Made by a program: the position numbers and the translations under genes. Below are positions 1 to 14,024 of a stretch of 40,806 nucleotides of DNA, piece after piece. The stretch's first letter is position 1, and every line of letters starts with the position of its first letter. The notes beneath the pieces are model-generated. The model saw only the letters and a program-made list of their open reading frames with translations. It had not been told where the DNA came from and ran no database searches. The stretch comes from Acidimicrobiia bacterium (GTDB lineage: Bacteria > Actinomycetota > Acidimicrobiia > IMCC26256 > Chersky-534), in NCBI GenBank assembly GCA_017882925.1, contig JADGOM010000026.1, positions 1-40,806 on the forward strand. Direction: 5' to 3'.

Positions 1-188
1 AACGCGGGGTCGACGAGCCAGTAGCGGGTGGGCATCGGCGTGCCGTCGCGCAGGAGTGGGACGTTGCGGATCACCATCGGTGCCCCACCGGCGCCGCGGA
101 CGACGACCTCGAAGTCGGCGCGCGGGGCGCGCCCGAGGAGCTGGGTGAGCTCGGCGACGTCGGCTGGACTGGGCACGGCGGTGGACAC
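1..188 (-). CDS. DUF501 family protein (5' part; runs off window start)
   Basis: Manual translation from GTG at 188: MSTAVPSPADVAELTQLLGRAPRADFEVVVRGAGGAPMVIRNVPLLRDGTPMPTRYWLVDP. The DGTPxPTxYWL motif and the position after eno-divIC match DUF501. Not in the ORF track. Confidence 0.85.
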   Translation of the reverse strand, partial: MSTAVPSPADVAELTQLLGRAPRADFEVVVRGAGGAPMVIRNVPLLRDGTPMPTRYWLVDPA

Positions 189-221
189 CGGCTCAGTGTA
201 CGGGGGCCGGAAACGACCGGG

Positions 222-584
222 TCAGCCCCGCGACGCGCTCGGCGGAGGCGGGGCCGTGGTCGTGGGCGCGGTGGTCGCGGGATCGCTGGGGATCACGACG
301 TAGGCCTGCTCGCCCGGCTTGACGAGGTGGTACTGCTCGCGGGCGAGCCGCTCGATCTCGGCGTCGGTCCCGAGCTTCTTCGCCTCCCGGTCGAGCTGCT
401 TTCGTTGGCTCCGCAGCAGCTCCAGACGGCTTTCCGCCTGGGCGAGATCGTGGCGCTGCGCGAGGTAGGAGCGCGTGGGGAAGATGAAGATGAACAGGAG
501 CGCGACCACGAGCAACGACGCGAGGACGATGTAGACGACCGCTCCCCTGCGCCGGTTCGGGATGTCGACGACGAGCGCCTCCAT
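222..584 (-). CDS. divIC: Septum formation initiator (DivIC/FtsB family)
   Basis: TM helix, coiled coil, then IERLAREQYHLVKPGE motif; directly downstream of eno. Start placed at ATG 584 (a nearby GTG is possible) rather than the ORF-track start at 761. Confidence 0.85.
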   Translation of the reverse strand: MEALVVDIPNRRRGAVVYIVLASLLVVALLFIFIFPTRSYLAQRHDLAQAESRLELLRSQRKQLDREAKKLGTDAEIERLAREQYHLVKPGEQAYVVIPSDPATTAPTTTAPPPPSASRG

Positions 585-594
585 CGGCTCGTCG

Positions 595-1899
<1,305 letters not shown>

Positions 1900-2110
1900 T
1901 CACTGTGGCTGCTGTGACTGGTGTGAAGACGCTAGTCCAACGCCAGATTGCGGTGTGGGACACGCTCCGTGATGTCGAGCGCGTCATCGCCGCCGCGTCA
2001 TCCAGCACCTGTCTCCCGCGCCGGCGTGGCAACCGGGTCGCGCGGCGCGTATGACCACGGTCCGTGACCACACGCGCGACGTCGCCTGAGCGACGCGCGA
2101 TCGGGGCGGA

Positions 2111-3637
2111 TCAGGCGGGATCGACGTCGCGCGCGGCGGCTCCGGCCCACAGCTCCGCGGCCCGCGCGAGGTCGAGGGTTGTGACATCAACTCCCAGTTC
2201 GTCCGCTATCGACTCGAACGCACGGAATCGCTGGATCAGCCGTTGCACCCAGGAGCGCAACGCACCCTCGGCGTCGATCCCGCGGCGGCGCGCGAGCAGC
2301 ACGAGGCCCCCGAGCAGCGCCCCGATCACGCGTGTATCTGCGTCTTCGTCGGATTCCAGGCTTTCAGCGAGGAGACGGGCGAACGCGGCTTCCTGCGCCG
2401 CCGCGGCTCCGGGGGCGACCAGATCCGCGATCCCGGCGGTCTTCGCCTTGCTCAGCAGCTTGTCGGCGTAGAGCAGGGCGGGAAGTCCGGGGGTGATGCC
2501 GGCGACGATCGAGCCGCTCCCTTTCTCGGCCCGCTTGATCTGCTCCCAGGTCTGGAGCACGTCGGCGCTCGACCGGCCGTCGACCGGCCCCGGGGCGACG
2601 CCGAAGACGTCGGGGTGGCGCCGGACGAGCTTGTCGTGGATGCCCTTCGAGACGTCGGCGATGGTGAACGCACCGCGCTCTCCGGCCAGGATCGAGTGGA
2701 AGACCACCTGGTAGAGCAGGTCCCCGAGCTCGTCGGCCAGGAGGGCGTCGAGATCCGGGTCGACCTCGGCCGGCGGCGAGTCGGGCGGCAGGCGCTCCAA
2801 CGCCTCGAGGGTCTCGTAGGCCTCCTCGACCAGGTACTTCGCCAGGGTCGCGTGGGTCTGCTCCGCGTCCCACGGGCAGCCGCCCGGGCCCCGCAGGCGT
2901 TCGGCCAGCTCGACCAGCCGCACGAACTCCGCGCCGACCCTCGCCCCACCGACGTCGACGAACACCGCGGTGAGGTGGTCGGGCTCGATGCGGCGGTCGA
3001 GGTCGACGAGCTCGAGGTGCGTGACCAGCTCGTCGGCGAGGCCGAGCCGCTGGAGGGCCACGACCGGATGCGTCGCCTCCACCACCTCGAGCAGCGCCAG
3101 CTTCACGTCGGACAGCACGAACCGCGAGTCGCACTGGGCGACGAGCATCGCCCCGCCCAGCCCGGCCGTACCGGCCGCGAACGCCCGGGCGTCGACGACG
3201 CGCGCCCCCGCCATCGGATCGACGCCGAGGCGGGCCCAGGCGAGATCGGCGAACGACAGGCCGGGCACGACCCGGACGTCGACCTCGCCGCGCGAACCCG
3301 CGGCCTGCAGCAGCGCGACGCTCTGCTCGGCCACGGCCGGGTTGCCCGGCACCGCGTAGACGACGTGCCCGTCCTCGCGGGCCGCGCCGACGAGGATCCC
3401 GGCCATCGTCGCGTAGGCCTCGGCGAGTGACGCCGCCCCGTCGTACACGGCGTCGAAGCTCTCGAGCTCGATGCCCTCCGCGGCCAGCTCCACGACCGCG
3501 GGATGGCGCGCGGTGCGCACGAAGCGGCGGGCCGCGGTCGTCAACGCGGCGCGGGCCGCGGGCAGGAGGAGATCGGTGCCGGCTGGTCCGAGACCGACGA
3601 CGGAGACGACGCCCGAGCCGGGGACCGGCTCGGTCAT
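2111..3637 (-). CDS. mazG: Tetrapyrrole-methylase-like/MazG nucleoside triphosphate pyrophosphohydrolase fusion (YabN-like)
   Basis: N-terminal VVGLGPAG...YAVPGNP...VVPGLSF methylase-like domain; MazG domain LRGPGGCPWDAEQTH, EEAYE, DELGDLL, KLVRRHP. Confidence 0.92.
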   Translation of the reverse strand: MTEPVPGSGVVSVVGLGPAGTDLLLPAARAALTTAARRFVRTARHPAVVELAAEGIELESFDAVYDGAASLAEAYATMAGILVGAAREDGHVVYAVPGNPAVAEQSVALLQAAGSRGEVDVRVVPGLSFADLAWARLGVDPMAGARVVDARAFAAGTAGLGGAMLVAQCDSRFVLSDVKLALLEVVEATHPVVALQRLGLADELVTHLELVDLDRRIEPDHLTAVFVDVGGARVGAEFVRLVELAERLRGPGGCPWDAEQTHATLAKYLVEEAYETLEALERLPPDSPPAEVDPDLDALLADELGDLLYQVVFHSILAGERGAFTIADVSKGIHDKLVRRHPDVFGVAPGPVDGRSSADVLQTWEQIKRAEKGSGSIVAGITPGLPALLYADKLLSKAKTAGIADLVAPGAAAAQEAAFARLLAESLESDEDADTRVIGALLGGLVLLARRRGIDAEGALRSWVQRLIQRFRAFESIADELGVDVTTLDLARAAELWAGAAARDVDPA

Positions 3638-4668
3638 CCGGCCGCGGGTGCGGTGGTGCTGGTGACCGTGCCCCCTGCCGGTGCGGTGGTCCCGGTGACC
3701 ACCCCACCCGGCTCCTGGCGCGTGGCCGGTGCCTTCGGCGGCGAGACCACGAACCCGCCGGCCGCGGTGTAGACGACCGACCCGTACTGCGAGTTGACGT
3801 GGACGTCGCCCTTGTAGGGCCGCTGGATGGCGATGAGCGCCTGGGCCTGGGCCGCGGTCTTGATCTCCTGGGCCAGAACGTCAGGGCCGAAGGGCTTCGT
3901 GGTCGCGACGTACGTCGTGCCGGAGACGGTGACCGGCTTCGACGGCTCACCCGCCTTGAGGCCGGCGACCGCGGCCGTGAGATCGGCCGGGATGCTCGAA
4001 TCGTTGGCACAGCCGGCCACGCCACCTTCGGCCGCGGTCGTGCGCTCGAGCGACTCGCGCTGCGCGACGTCGGAGAAGTCGGCGCCGCCCTTGATCTCCG
4101 CGACCACCGCGTTGCCCGTGCTCTCGTCGGGCACCTGGATGATCAGCAGGACGTCGGGACACTGCGCGGCCGACGGCGCGAACTTCTTCGTGTAGATCGC
4201 GGCGCGCTGCGCGGCGGTGGTGCGGGTGACCGCGACCTGGCGCGACTTGCGCGCGATCTCCAGCGTGCGGAACCAGGCCGGGAAGGCCCGGAACGTGGCC
4301 GCGCTCCCGAAGGCACCGGTCGCGAGCGCGCGGCCCTCGGCCCGGTCGGAGGCGCTCAGCGTGCGGCCATCGGCGACGAACTTGCGGTCGACGATCTTCT
4401 GGACGACGAGCTGGTTGAGCCAACTGGCGCCGATCGAGCTGCTCACGACGCTCTTGCCGCCGGAGAGCGTGCTCCCCTGCGCCTTGACCGCCGCCGCGAG
4501 GAGCTTGTTGTCCCGCAGGACGTTGAGCTCGCGGTTGAAGCTGCTGATCGTGATCGAAGCGTCCTTGACCGTGGCCGCCTCGCCGCGCGGCGACGTCGAC
4601 GAGCAACCGGCGCCGACCAGGGCGGCGACGAGGACGAACGCGCTGATTCCGAGAGAGGTTCGCTGCAC
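3634..4668 (-). CDS. PrsA/SurA-like foldase lipoprotein with degenerate parvulin domain
   Basis: Start GTG 4668 gives a signal peptide with lipobox VGAG-C; SurA_N-like region; GADFSDVA...GGVAGC...PSKPV parvulin remnants; Thr-rich tail; 4-nt overlap with mazG start. Confidence 0.72.
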   Translation of the reverse strand: MQRTSLGISAFVLVAALVGAGCSSTSPRGEAATVKDASITISSFNRELNVLRDNKLLAAAVKAQGSTLSGGKSVVSSSIGASWLNQLVVQKIVDRKFVADGRTLSASDRAEGRALATGAFGSAATFRAFPAWFRTLEIARKSRQVAVTRTTAAQRAAIYTKKFAPSAAQCPDVLLIIQVPDESTGNAVVAEIKGGADFSDVAQRESLERTTAAEGGVAGCANDSSIPADLTAAVAGLKAGEPSKPVTVSGTTYVATTKPFGPDVLAQEIKTAAQAQALIAIQRPYKGDVHVNSQYGSVVYTAAGGFVVSPPKAPATRQEPGGVVTGTTAPAGGTVTSTTAPAAG

Positions 4669-4694
4669 GGGGGGCAATCTACCGGGACGCGCGC

Positions 4695-5764
4695 TCAGCC
4701 GGACGAGCCGGGGGCCGGGGCGGTGGTGGCCGGAGCCGCGGTCGTGGTGGTCGTGGGCTTCGTGCCCGGGGCCTGCACCTCGATGCCGTTGGCCGTGGTC
4801 ACGACCTTGCCCCAGCGCTTGTCGATCTTGATCTTCGCCGCCGCGAGCTCTTTCGTGAAGGCCGCCGAGAACTTGGAGGCGTCCTCCTCCTGGATGGCCT
4901 GGCGGATCTGGCCCTTCTCGTTCGCGTACTCCATGTGCTGCACCTCGATCAGGTGCCAGGCGGTGGCGACCTTCACGGGGTCGGAGACCGTGTTGAGCGG
5001 CAGGGCCTCGGCCGCGGTCTGGAACCCGGCCACGAACTGCTTCTCCACCAGGCAGCCGAGCTCGCCCCCGACCGCACCCGAGGTCGTATCGGTGCTCTTG
5101 GCCTTGGCCAGGGCCGCGAAGTCGGCGCCCGCGTCGAGCTGCTTCTTGATCGCCACGGCCTCGGCCTTGGTCCGGGTCTCGATGTGGCGCACCAGCTTGC
5201 TGGAGGTGCACCCGCTCTCGAGGTCGGTCTTGTGCGCCGCGTAGTAGGCCGCCAGGTCGGCCTCGGTGGGCGGGCCGCCGCCCTCGGCCTCGATCAGCGC
5301 CACGAGCCGGGCCTGGCGGTCGATCAACAGGTTGCGGAACTTGGAGGAGAAGGCGTTGACGATCGCGACGCCCGCCTCCGGGGCCGCGGCGGTGCTGAAC
5401 TGCGACACGATCTGGCTCTTGGCCTGGGCCCGCTGGTCAGCCGTGAGCTTCAGCTTCCGTCGGGCGAAGTCCTTGTCGGCGACGGTCTGCTGGATCTCGC
5501 TGGTCATCCACGACGCCGCGATCGCGGCGTCGTACTTGTCGCTGCCGGTCTTGATCGCCTTGACGCCGTTGGTCTTGAGCTGCGCCGCCAGCGGCTTGTT
5601 GGCGGCCAGGGCGTCGAGCTCGGACGTGAAGGACCGGTTGGAGACCGTGGTGCCGTCGACGGTGAACGCGGGGCCGCCGATCGCGGCGGCCGCCGGGCCG
5701 GCCGCGAGCCCGACGCACATGCAGGCCACGAGAAGGGGCGACGCCCGGCGGATCCAGCGGAAGG

Positions 5765-5768
<4 letters not shown>
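4695..5768 (-). CDS. PrsA/SurA-like peptidyl-prolyl isomerase (parvulin), secreted
   Basis: ATG 5768 overlaps mfd stop (ATGA); signal peptide ending AAAA; VRHI...GADFAALAKAKSTDTTSGAVGGELG...VSDPV...WHLIEV parvulin motif. Confidence 0.8.
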
Positions 5769-9235
<3,467 letters not shown>

Positions 9236-9305
9236 GGTCGCCTTCGGGACGCGCGCGTCGGCCCGGAGGAACGTCTCCCCCGGGTCCCCCCGAGGGTACC
9301 GGCTC

Positions 9306-9914
9306 TCAGTTGCAGCGATTCATCGCGGCCTCGATGCCGTCGGTCACGATCAGCTCCACCGCGTCGGCCGCGCGCTCGATCGTGACGTCGACGGCCTCGC
9401 GGTCCGCCTTCGAGAAGCGCTTCAAGACGTGGTCCGCGCCCCGTTCCTTGCCGCCCGGCGGCTTCCCGACCCCGATGCGCACGCGGCTGAAGCCGTCGTC
9501 CTTGAGGTGCGCCTTGATCGAGCGCAGCCCGTTGTGCCCCGCGAGACCGCCACCGACCTTGAGCTTGAGCGCGGCGGGCGGCAAATCGAGCTCGTCGTGA
9601 ACCACGACGAGGTCGGCGACCGACACACCGAAGCGGCGCACGAGCGGGGCGACGGCCTCGCCCGAGTCGTTCATGTAGGTGATCGGCACCGCGAGCGCGA
9701 CGCGCTTCGGGCCGATGCGCACCTCGCACGTGAACGCGCGCTCCTTGCTCTTCTTCAGCCGCCCGCCGTGGCGCGCGGCCAGCAGCTCGACGACCTCGGC
9801 CCCCACGTTGTGACGGGTGCGGCGGAACTCGTCGCCGGGATTCCCCAGGCCGACCACGAGGAGGTCGGCCGGGGTCCCGGTGCGCTCGCCGCCGCGCGAC
9901 GGGCGCCGGAGCAC
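9306..9914 (-). CDS. pth: Peptidyl-tRNA hydrolase
   Basis: LVVGLGNPG, TRHNVG, TYMNDSG, VVHDELDL, GHNGLRSI motifs. Confidence 0.97.
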   Translation of the reverse strand: MLRRPSRGGERTGTPADLLVVGLGNPGDEFRRTRHNVGAEVVELLAARHGGRLKKSKERAFTCEVRIGPKRVALAVPITYMNDSGEAVAPLVRRFGVSVADLVVVHDELDLPPAALKLKVGGGLAGHNGLRSIKAHLKDDGFSRVRIGVGKPPGGKERGADHVLKRFSKADREAVDVTIERAADAVELIVTDGIEAAMNRCN

Positions 9915-9917
9915 CGA

Positions 9918-10574
9918 CTACTCGCCGGTGGAGTCGCCGCCGTCGCCTTCGGCGGCCTCGCCGGCCTCGGCCGCGGCTTCTGCAGCCGCCTCGGCCTCGG
10001 CCTCGCCGATGTCGACGCCGCGGGGTGCCACGACCTGGGCCGCGAGCTCGTCGCCGTCCTGCGTCGTGACGACACCACGGGGAAGGACGAGGTCGCGGAC
10101 GTGGATCTGGTCACCGACGATGAGCGCGGAGATGTCGTGCTCGATCGCGGCGGGGATGTCGGCGGGGAGCGCCTCGATCGACAGGGTGAACACCAGCTGC
10201 TCGAGCAGACCGCCGTCGAGCACGCCCACCGACTCGCCGGTGAGGTGCAACGGGACCTCGGCGGCCACCGCGACGTTGGCGGAGACCCGGATGAAGTCGA
10301 CGTGCACCAGGTCGCCCCGGGTGGGGTGGCGCTGGATCTGACGGGCCAGGGTCAGGACCTTCTTGCCCTCGAGCTCCAGGGTGATGACGGTGTTGGAGCC
10401 GCTGGCGCCACCGAGGATGCGACTCAGCTCACGGGCCGACACGGTGATGGGCTCGGAGCCCTCGTCGAGGCCGTAGACGACCGAAGGGACCAGGCCGGTG
10501 CGCCGGATGCGCCCCGAGGGCCCGGAGCCCAGGTCGGTGCGGGGTTCGGCGCTGAGTGTGTTGGTGTCGGCCAT
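9918..10574 (-). CDS. rplY: 50S ribosomal protein bL25/Ctc (long form)
   Basis: GLVPSVVYG, IQRHP, HVDF motifs plus C-terminal domain and acidic tail; ATG 10574 preceded by GAAGGA; prs-rplY-pth synteny. Confidence 0.95.
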   Translation of the reverse strand: MADTNTLSAEPRTDLGSGPSGRIRRTGLVPSVVYGLDEGSEPITVSARELSRILGGASGSNTVITLELEGKKVLTLARQIQRHPTRGDLVHVDFIRVSANVAVAAEVPLHLTGESVGVLDGGLLEQLVFTLSIEALPADIPAAIEHDISALIVGDQIHVRDLVLPRGVVTTQDGDELAAQVVAPRGVDIGEAEAEAAAEAAAEAGEAAEGDGGDSTGE

Positions 10575-10697
10575 GGCGCGAGTCGTCCTTCGTGGAGCTG
10601 GAGGGGGTGCCGCTGAGCAGGGGAACGAACCATTCTGGTCGGTCCGGGCGCCCGGTGCCACCCGGCCGGGCCCGGAGCGGCTCCGCGGCGGGGGGTC

Positions 10698-11684
10698 TCA
10701 GGTGTTGTCGCCCCGGAAGATCTCGCTCACCGATGTGTCCTCGAAGACCGCGTCCAGGGCGTCGGCGATGATCGGGGCGATCGACAGCACGGTGAGCTTG
10801 TCGAACGTCTTCTCGGGCGGGGTCGGCAGCGTGTTGGTGATGACGACCTCCCGCACCGGCGACTTCGTGAGGCGCTCGGCCGCGGGCCCCGAGAGCACCC
10901 CGTGGGTGGCCAGCACGTAGACCTCCTTGGCGCCCCGCTCCATGAGGAGGTTGGCGGCGGAGGTGACGGTGCCCGCGGTGTCGATGATGTCGTCGATGAG
11001 CACGCAGGTGCGGCCCTGGACGACACCGACGACGTCTTGGGCCTCGGCGACGTTGTGGGTGCCCTTCGGCCGCCGCTTGTCGATGAACGCGAGGTCGCCC
11101 TGGATGCCGGTGGAGTTGGTGAGGCAGTTGGCGAAGCGCCGGGCGAGCTTGCCGCCACCGGCGTCGGGGGAGACGATCGTGACCTCGCCCGGGACCTTCT
11201 CGCCCAGGTACTCGGCCAGCATCGGGACCGCGGTGAGGTGGTCGACCGGCATGTCGAAGAAGCCCTGGATCTGGCCGGTGTGGAGGTCGACGGTGATGAC
11301 CCGGTCGACGCCGGCCGTGGTGAGGACGTCGGCCACGAGACGGGCGGTGATCGGCTCCCGGCCCTCGGCCTTGCGGTCCTGTCGGGCGTAGCCGTAGAAG
11401 GGGCAGACCGCGGTGATCCGCTTGGCCGACGCGCGCTTCGCGGCGTCGATCATGATCAGCTGCTCCCAGAGCCGGTCGTTGATCGGGTCGCAGTGGCTCT
11501 GGATGATGAAGACGTCGGCGCCCCGGATGCTCTCGCCGTAGCGGCAGTAGATCTCGCCGTTGGCGAACGTCGACAGGACCACCTCGCCGAGCGGCACCTT
11601 CAGGCACTCCGAGATCTCCTCGGACAGGCCGACGTTGCCCCGGCCCGCGAAGAGCATCAGCTTCTTCTTGGTGATCAGCTCCAC
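10698..11684 (-). CDS. prs: Ribose-phosphate pyrophosphokinase
   Basis: FANGE, YGYARQDRK, DLHTGQIQGFF, VSPDAGG, DDIIDTAGT motifs. Confidence 0.98.
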   Translation of the reverse strand: MELITKKKLMLFAGRGNVGLSEEISECLKVPLGEVVLSTFANGEIYCRYGESIRGADVFIIQSHCDPINDRLWEQLIMIDAAKRASAKRITAVCPFYGYARQDRKAEGREPITARLVADVLTTAGVDRVITVDLHTGQIQGFFDMPVDHLTAVPMLAEYLGEKVPGEVTIVSPDAGGGKLARRFANCLTNSTGIQGDLAFIDKRRPKGTHNVAEAQDVVGVVQGRTCVLIDDIIDTAGTVTSAANLLMERGAKEVYVLATHGVLSGPAAERLTKSPVREVVITNTLPTPPEKTFDKLTVLSIAPIIADALDAVFEDTSVSEIFRGDNT

Positions 11685-11804
11685 TGGTGCCCGTTTCGTC
11701 GCGTCCGCCGGCCGCCCATCCTACGGTCAGGCCACCGCGGGCTGTCTCGGCGATTCACGGCGGGTGATCTCAAGCGCCCGCAGCGCGACGTCGATATGCG
11801 GGGC

Positions 11805-12167
11805 ATGAGCCCCGACGCGCCCCCCACCACGCCGACCTACACCTACGCGCTCCCCCTCTCGACCACCTTCGAGCTCATCGGCTACGAGGTCGACCACCAG
11901 GTCGGCCTGTGCTGGGGGATCGTGGTGCGCAGCGTGGGATTCGCGAAGGGATTCACCGGCTCCTTCAAGGCGCTCGGCGCCGGCGAGGTGCCGCAGTACA
12001 CCGAGGTGGTCGACTCGGCCCGCCACACCGCGATGGAGCGGCTGGTCTGGCACGCGCAGCAGCTCGGCGGCAACGCGGTGCTCGGCGTGCGCTTCGACTC
12101 GTCGGAGGTCGGCCAGGGCCTGGCCGAGATCGTGGCGTACGGCACCGCGGTCGTCGTCAAGGTCTAG
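11805..12167 (+). CDS. YbjQ/UPF0145 family putative heavy-metal-binding protein
   Basis: GEVPQYTEVVDSARHTAMERL...AQQLGGNAVLGVRFDS...EIVAYGTAV signature; start placed at ATG 11805. Confidence 0.88.
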   Translation: MSPDAPPTTPTYTYALPLSTTFELIGYEVDHQVGLCWGIVVRSVGFAKGFTGSFKALGAGEVPQYTEVVDSARHTAMERLVWHAQQLGGNAVLGVRFDSSEVGQGLAEIVAYGTAVVVKV

Positions 12168-12209
12168 CGAGCCGCCCGGGACCGGCACCGCAGTGTCGGC
12201 TCCCCCGCG

Positions 12210-13634
12210 TCAACCGCCGGGGTCGGCGTTGCGCCGGGCGGCGTCGCGCTGCTCGGCCCAGCCCTCGGTGTTGCGCGCGGGCACGCCCTTGGCCAGCGCG
12301 CCCGCGGGGACGTCGGCGGTGACGACCGCGCCCGCGGCGATGTAGGCGCCCTCGCCCACCTCGACCGGTGCGACCAGCACCGAGTTGGAGCCGGTGCGCG
12401 CGTCGGCCCCGATCCGGGTGCGGTGCTTCTCGCGGCCGTCGTAGTTGGCGGTGATGGTGCCCGCGGCGATGTTGGCCCGCGCGCCGATCTCGGCGTCACC
12501 GACGTAGGCGAGGTGCGGCACCTTGGCCCCCTCGCCGATCTCCGCGTTCTTGGTCTCGACGAAGCCGCCCACGTGTGCGTCGTCACCGAGGCGCGTGCCC
12601 GCGCGCAGGTGGGCGAAGGGCCCGACCGTGCACCGGTCACCGATCTCGGAGTCGCGCGCGACCGTGTTCTGCACCACGCAGTCTTCGCCCACGATCGTGT
12701 CGACGAAGTGGCAGTCGGGCCCGACGACCGAGTGCGCGCCGACGACCGTGCGGCCCTCCAGGATCACCCCGGGCAGCAGGCGCACGTCGGGCTCGAGCTC
12801 CACCGCGGCGTCGATGTAGGTGTCGGCCGGGTTGGTCATGCTCACCCCGCTCCGCATCCACCGGGTGTTGATGCGCTCGCGCATCACGGCCTCGGCCTCC
12901 GCGAGCTGCGCGCGGTCGTTGACCCCCATCGCCTCGGTGGGGTCGTCGGCGATGACCGCGGTGACCGCGTGACCGGCGGCGCGCAGGACCCCGACCGCGT
13001 CGGTGAGGTAGTACTCGCCCTGCGCGTTCTCGGGGCTCAGCCGGCGCAGCGCGGGGGTGAGCAACCCGCGGCGGAAGCAGTAGATCGAGGTGTTGACCTC
13101 GTGGATCCCGAGCTCCTCGGGCGAGGCGTCGAGCTGCTCGACGATGGCGGCGACGCGGTCGAGCTTGTCGCGCAGGATGCGGCCGTAGCCGTCGGGATCC
13201 TCGGCGATCGCGGTGAGGATCGTGGCCGCGGCGTCGGAGCTGCGGTGCTCGCGTGCGATCGCGGCGAGCGTCTCGGGCCGGAGCAGCGGCGTGTCACCCG
13301 GCACCACGAGGACGTCGTCCTCGTCGAAGTCGTCGGCGAAGGCGGTGAGGCCGGCGCTGGTGGCGTCACCGGTGCCGCGCTGCACGCGCTGCTCGACGAA
13401 CTCGACCGGCATCTCGGTGGCGAGCTGCTCCTGGAGGGTCTTGGTCACCCGCTCGGCGCCGTGGCCGACGACGACGACGATCCGCTGGAGCGGGAGCGCG
13501 GTGAGCGCGTCGATCACGTGCAGGAGGATCGGGCGGCCCGCGATCGGGTGCAGCACCTTCGGCGTGGACGACCGCATGCGGGTGCCTTCGCCTGCGGCGA
13601 GAACGACGGCGGAGAGCGGTCGGTACTGGCCCAT
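12210..13634 (-). CDS. glmU: Bifunctional UDP-GlcNAc pyrophosphorylase/glucosamine-1-phosphate acetyltransferase
   Basis: VVLAAGEGTRMRS, NAQGEYYLTD, hexapeptide repeats, NYDG; start ATG 13634. Confidence 0.97.
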   Translation of the reverse strand: MGQYRPLSAVVLAAGEGTRMRSSTPKVLHPIAGRPILLHVIDALTALPLQRIVVVVGHGAERVTKTLQEQLATEMPVEFVEQRVQRGTGDATSAGLTAFADDFDEDDVLVVPGDTPLLRPETLAAIAREHRSSDAAATILTAIAEDPDGYGRILRDKLDRVAAIVEQLDASPEELGIHEVNTSIYCFRRGLLTPALRRLSPENAQGEYYLTDAVGVLRAAGHAVTAVIADDPTEAMGVNDRAQLAEAEAVMRERINTRWMRSGVSMTNPADTYIDAAVELEPDVRLLPGVILEGRTVVGAHSVVGPDCHFVDTIVGEDCVVQNTVARDSEIGDRCTVGPFAHLRAGTRLGDDAHVGGFVETKNAEIGEGAKVPHLAYVGDAEIGARANIAAGTITANYDGREKHRTRIGADARTGSNSVLVAPVEVGEGAYIAAGAVVTADVPAGALAKGVPARNTEGWAEQRDAARRNADPGG

Positions 13635-13676
13635 TCGGCTCCTCGGTGCAGATCGTGCGGTCAGGTCCGCGGGAAG

Positions 13677-13747
13677 CTCGGGGGCGAGGTTTCGAACCTC
13701 GACTTGGGACTCCAAAGGACCCCGTGCTGCCGTTACACCACCCCCGA
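13677..13747 (-). tRNA. tRNA-Gln (anticodon TTG), CCA not encoded
   Basis: Cloverleaf: acceptor TCGGGGG/CCCCCGA, D arm GTGTAACGGCAGCAC, anticodon loop CTTTGGA, T arm CGAGG-TTCGAAA-CCTCG, discriminator G; upstream of glmU as in other actinobacteria. Confidence 0.95.
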
Positions 13748-13881
13748 TCGGGTGGCCTCGACGATAGCCCCGCGCACCACCGCCGCCGGGCCCCGCCAGG
13801 TTGCGAATCCGGGACCGGTTCCCTGCGTCCCGGGACGTGGAATCGACGTCGCGGCCGGGCAGCGGCTAATTTCCGCCGCAT

Positions 13882-13983
13882 ATGGGCTCACTGATCAAGA
13901 AGCGCCGCAAGCGCATGCGCAAGAAGAAGCACAAGAAGCTCCTGAAGAAGACGCGCTGGCAGCGTCGTCAACAGGGCAAGTAG
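13882..13983 (+). CDS. 30S ribosomal protein bS22 (AURKAIP1/COX24 domain)
   Basis: Manual translation [33 protein letters not shown], matching the mycobacterial bS22 pattern [21 protein letters not shown]; 33 aa, absent from the ORF track. Confidence 0.93.
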   Translation: [33 protein letters not shown]

Positions 13984-14003
13984 AGCCCCAACGGTTCTGC
14001 GGC

Positions 14004-14024
14004 GGCCGCCCCTCTGGGGCGGCC
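14004..14024. terminator. GC-rich hairpin, probable terminator between convergent bS22 and ispE
   Basis: GGCCGCCCC-TCT-GGGGCGGCC, a 9-bp perfect stem 20 nt after the bS22 stop; no U-tract. Confidence 0.55.

Noticed and set aside
13635-13715. ORF-track N-terminal extension of GlmU
   Set aside because: It overlaps tRNA-Gln; homology starts at ATG 13634. Similar over-extensions were trimmed for divIC, both prsA genes, rplY, YbjQ, ispE, fetA, SIMPL, cbs and metB.
13640-13881. tRNA-Gln as an integration site for an island
   Set aside because: No integrase, no duplicated tRNA 3' end seen, and flanks are core genes.
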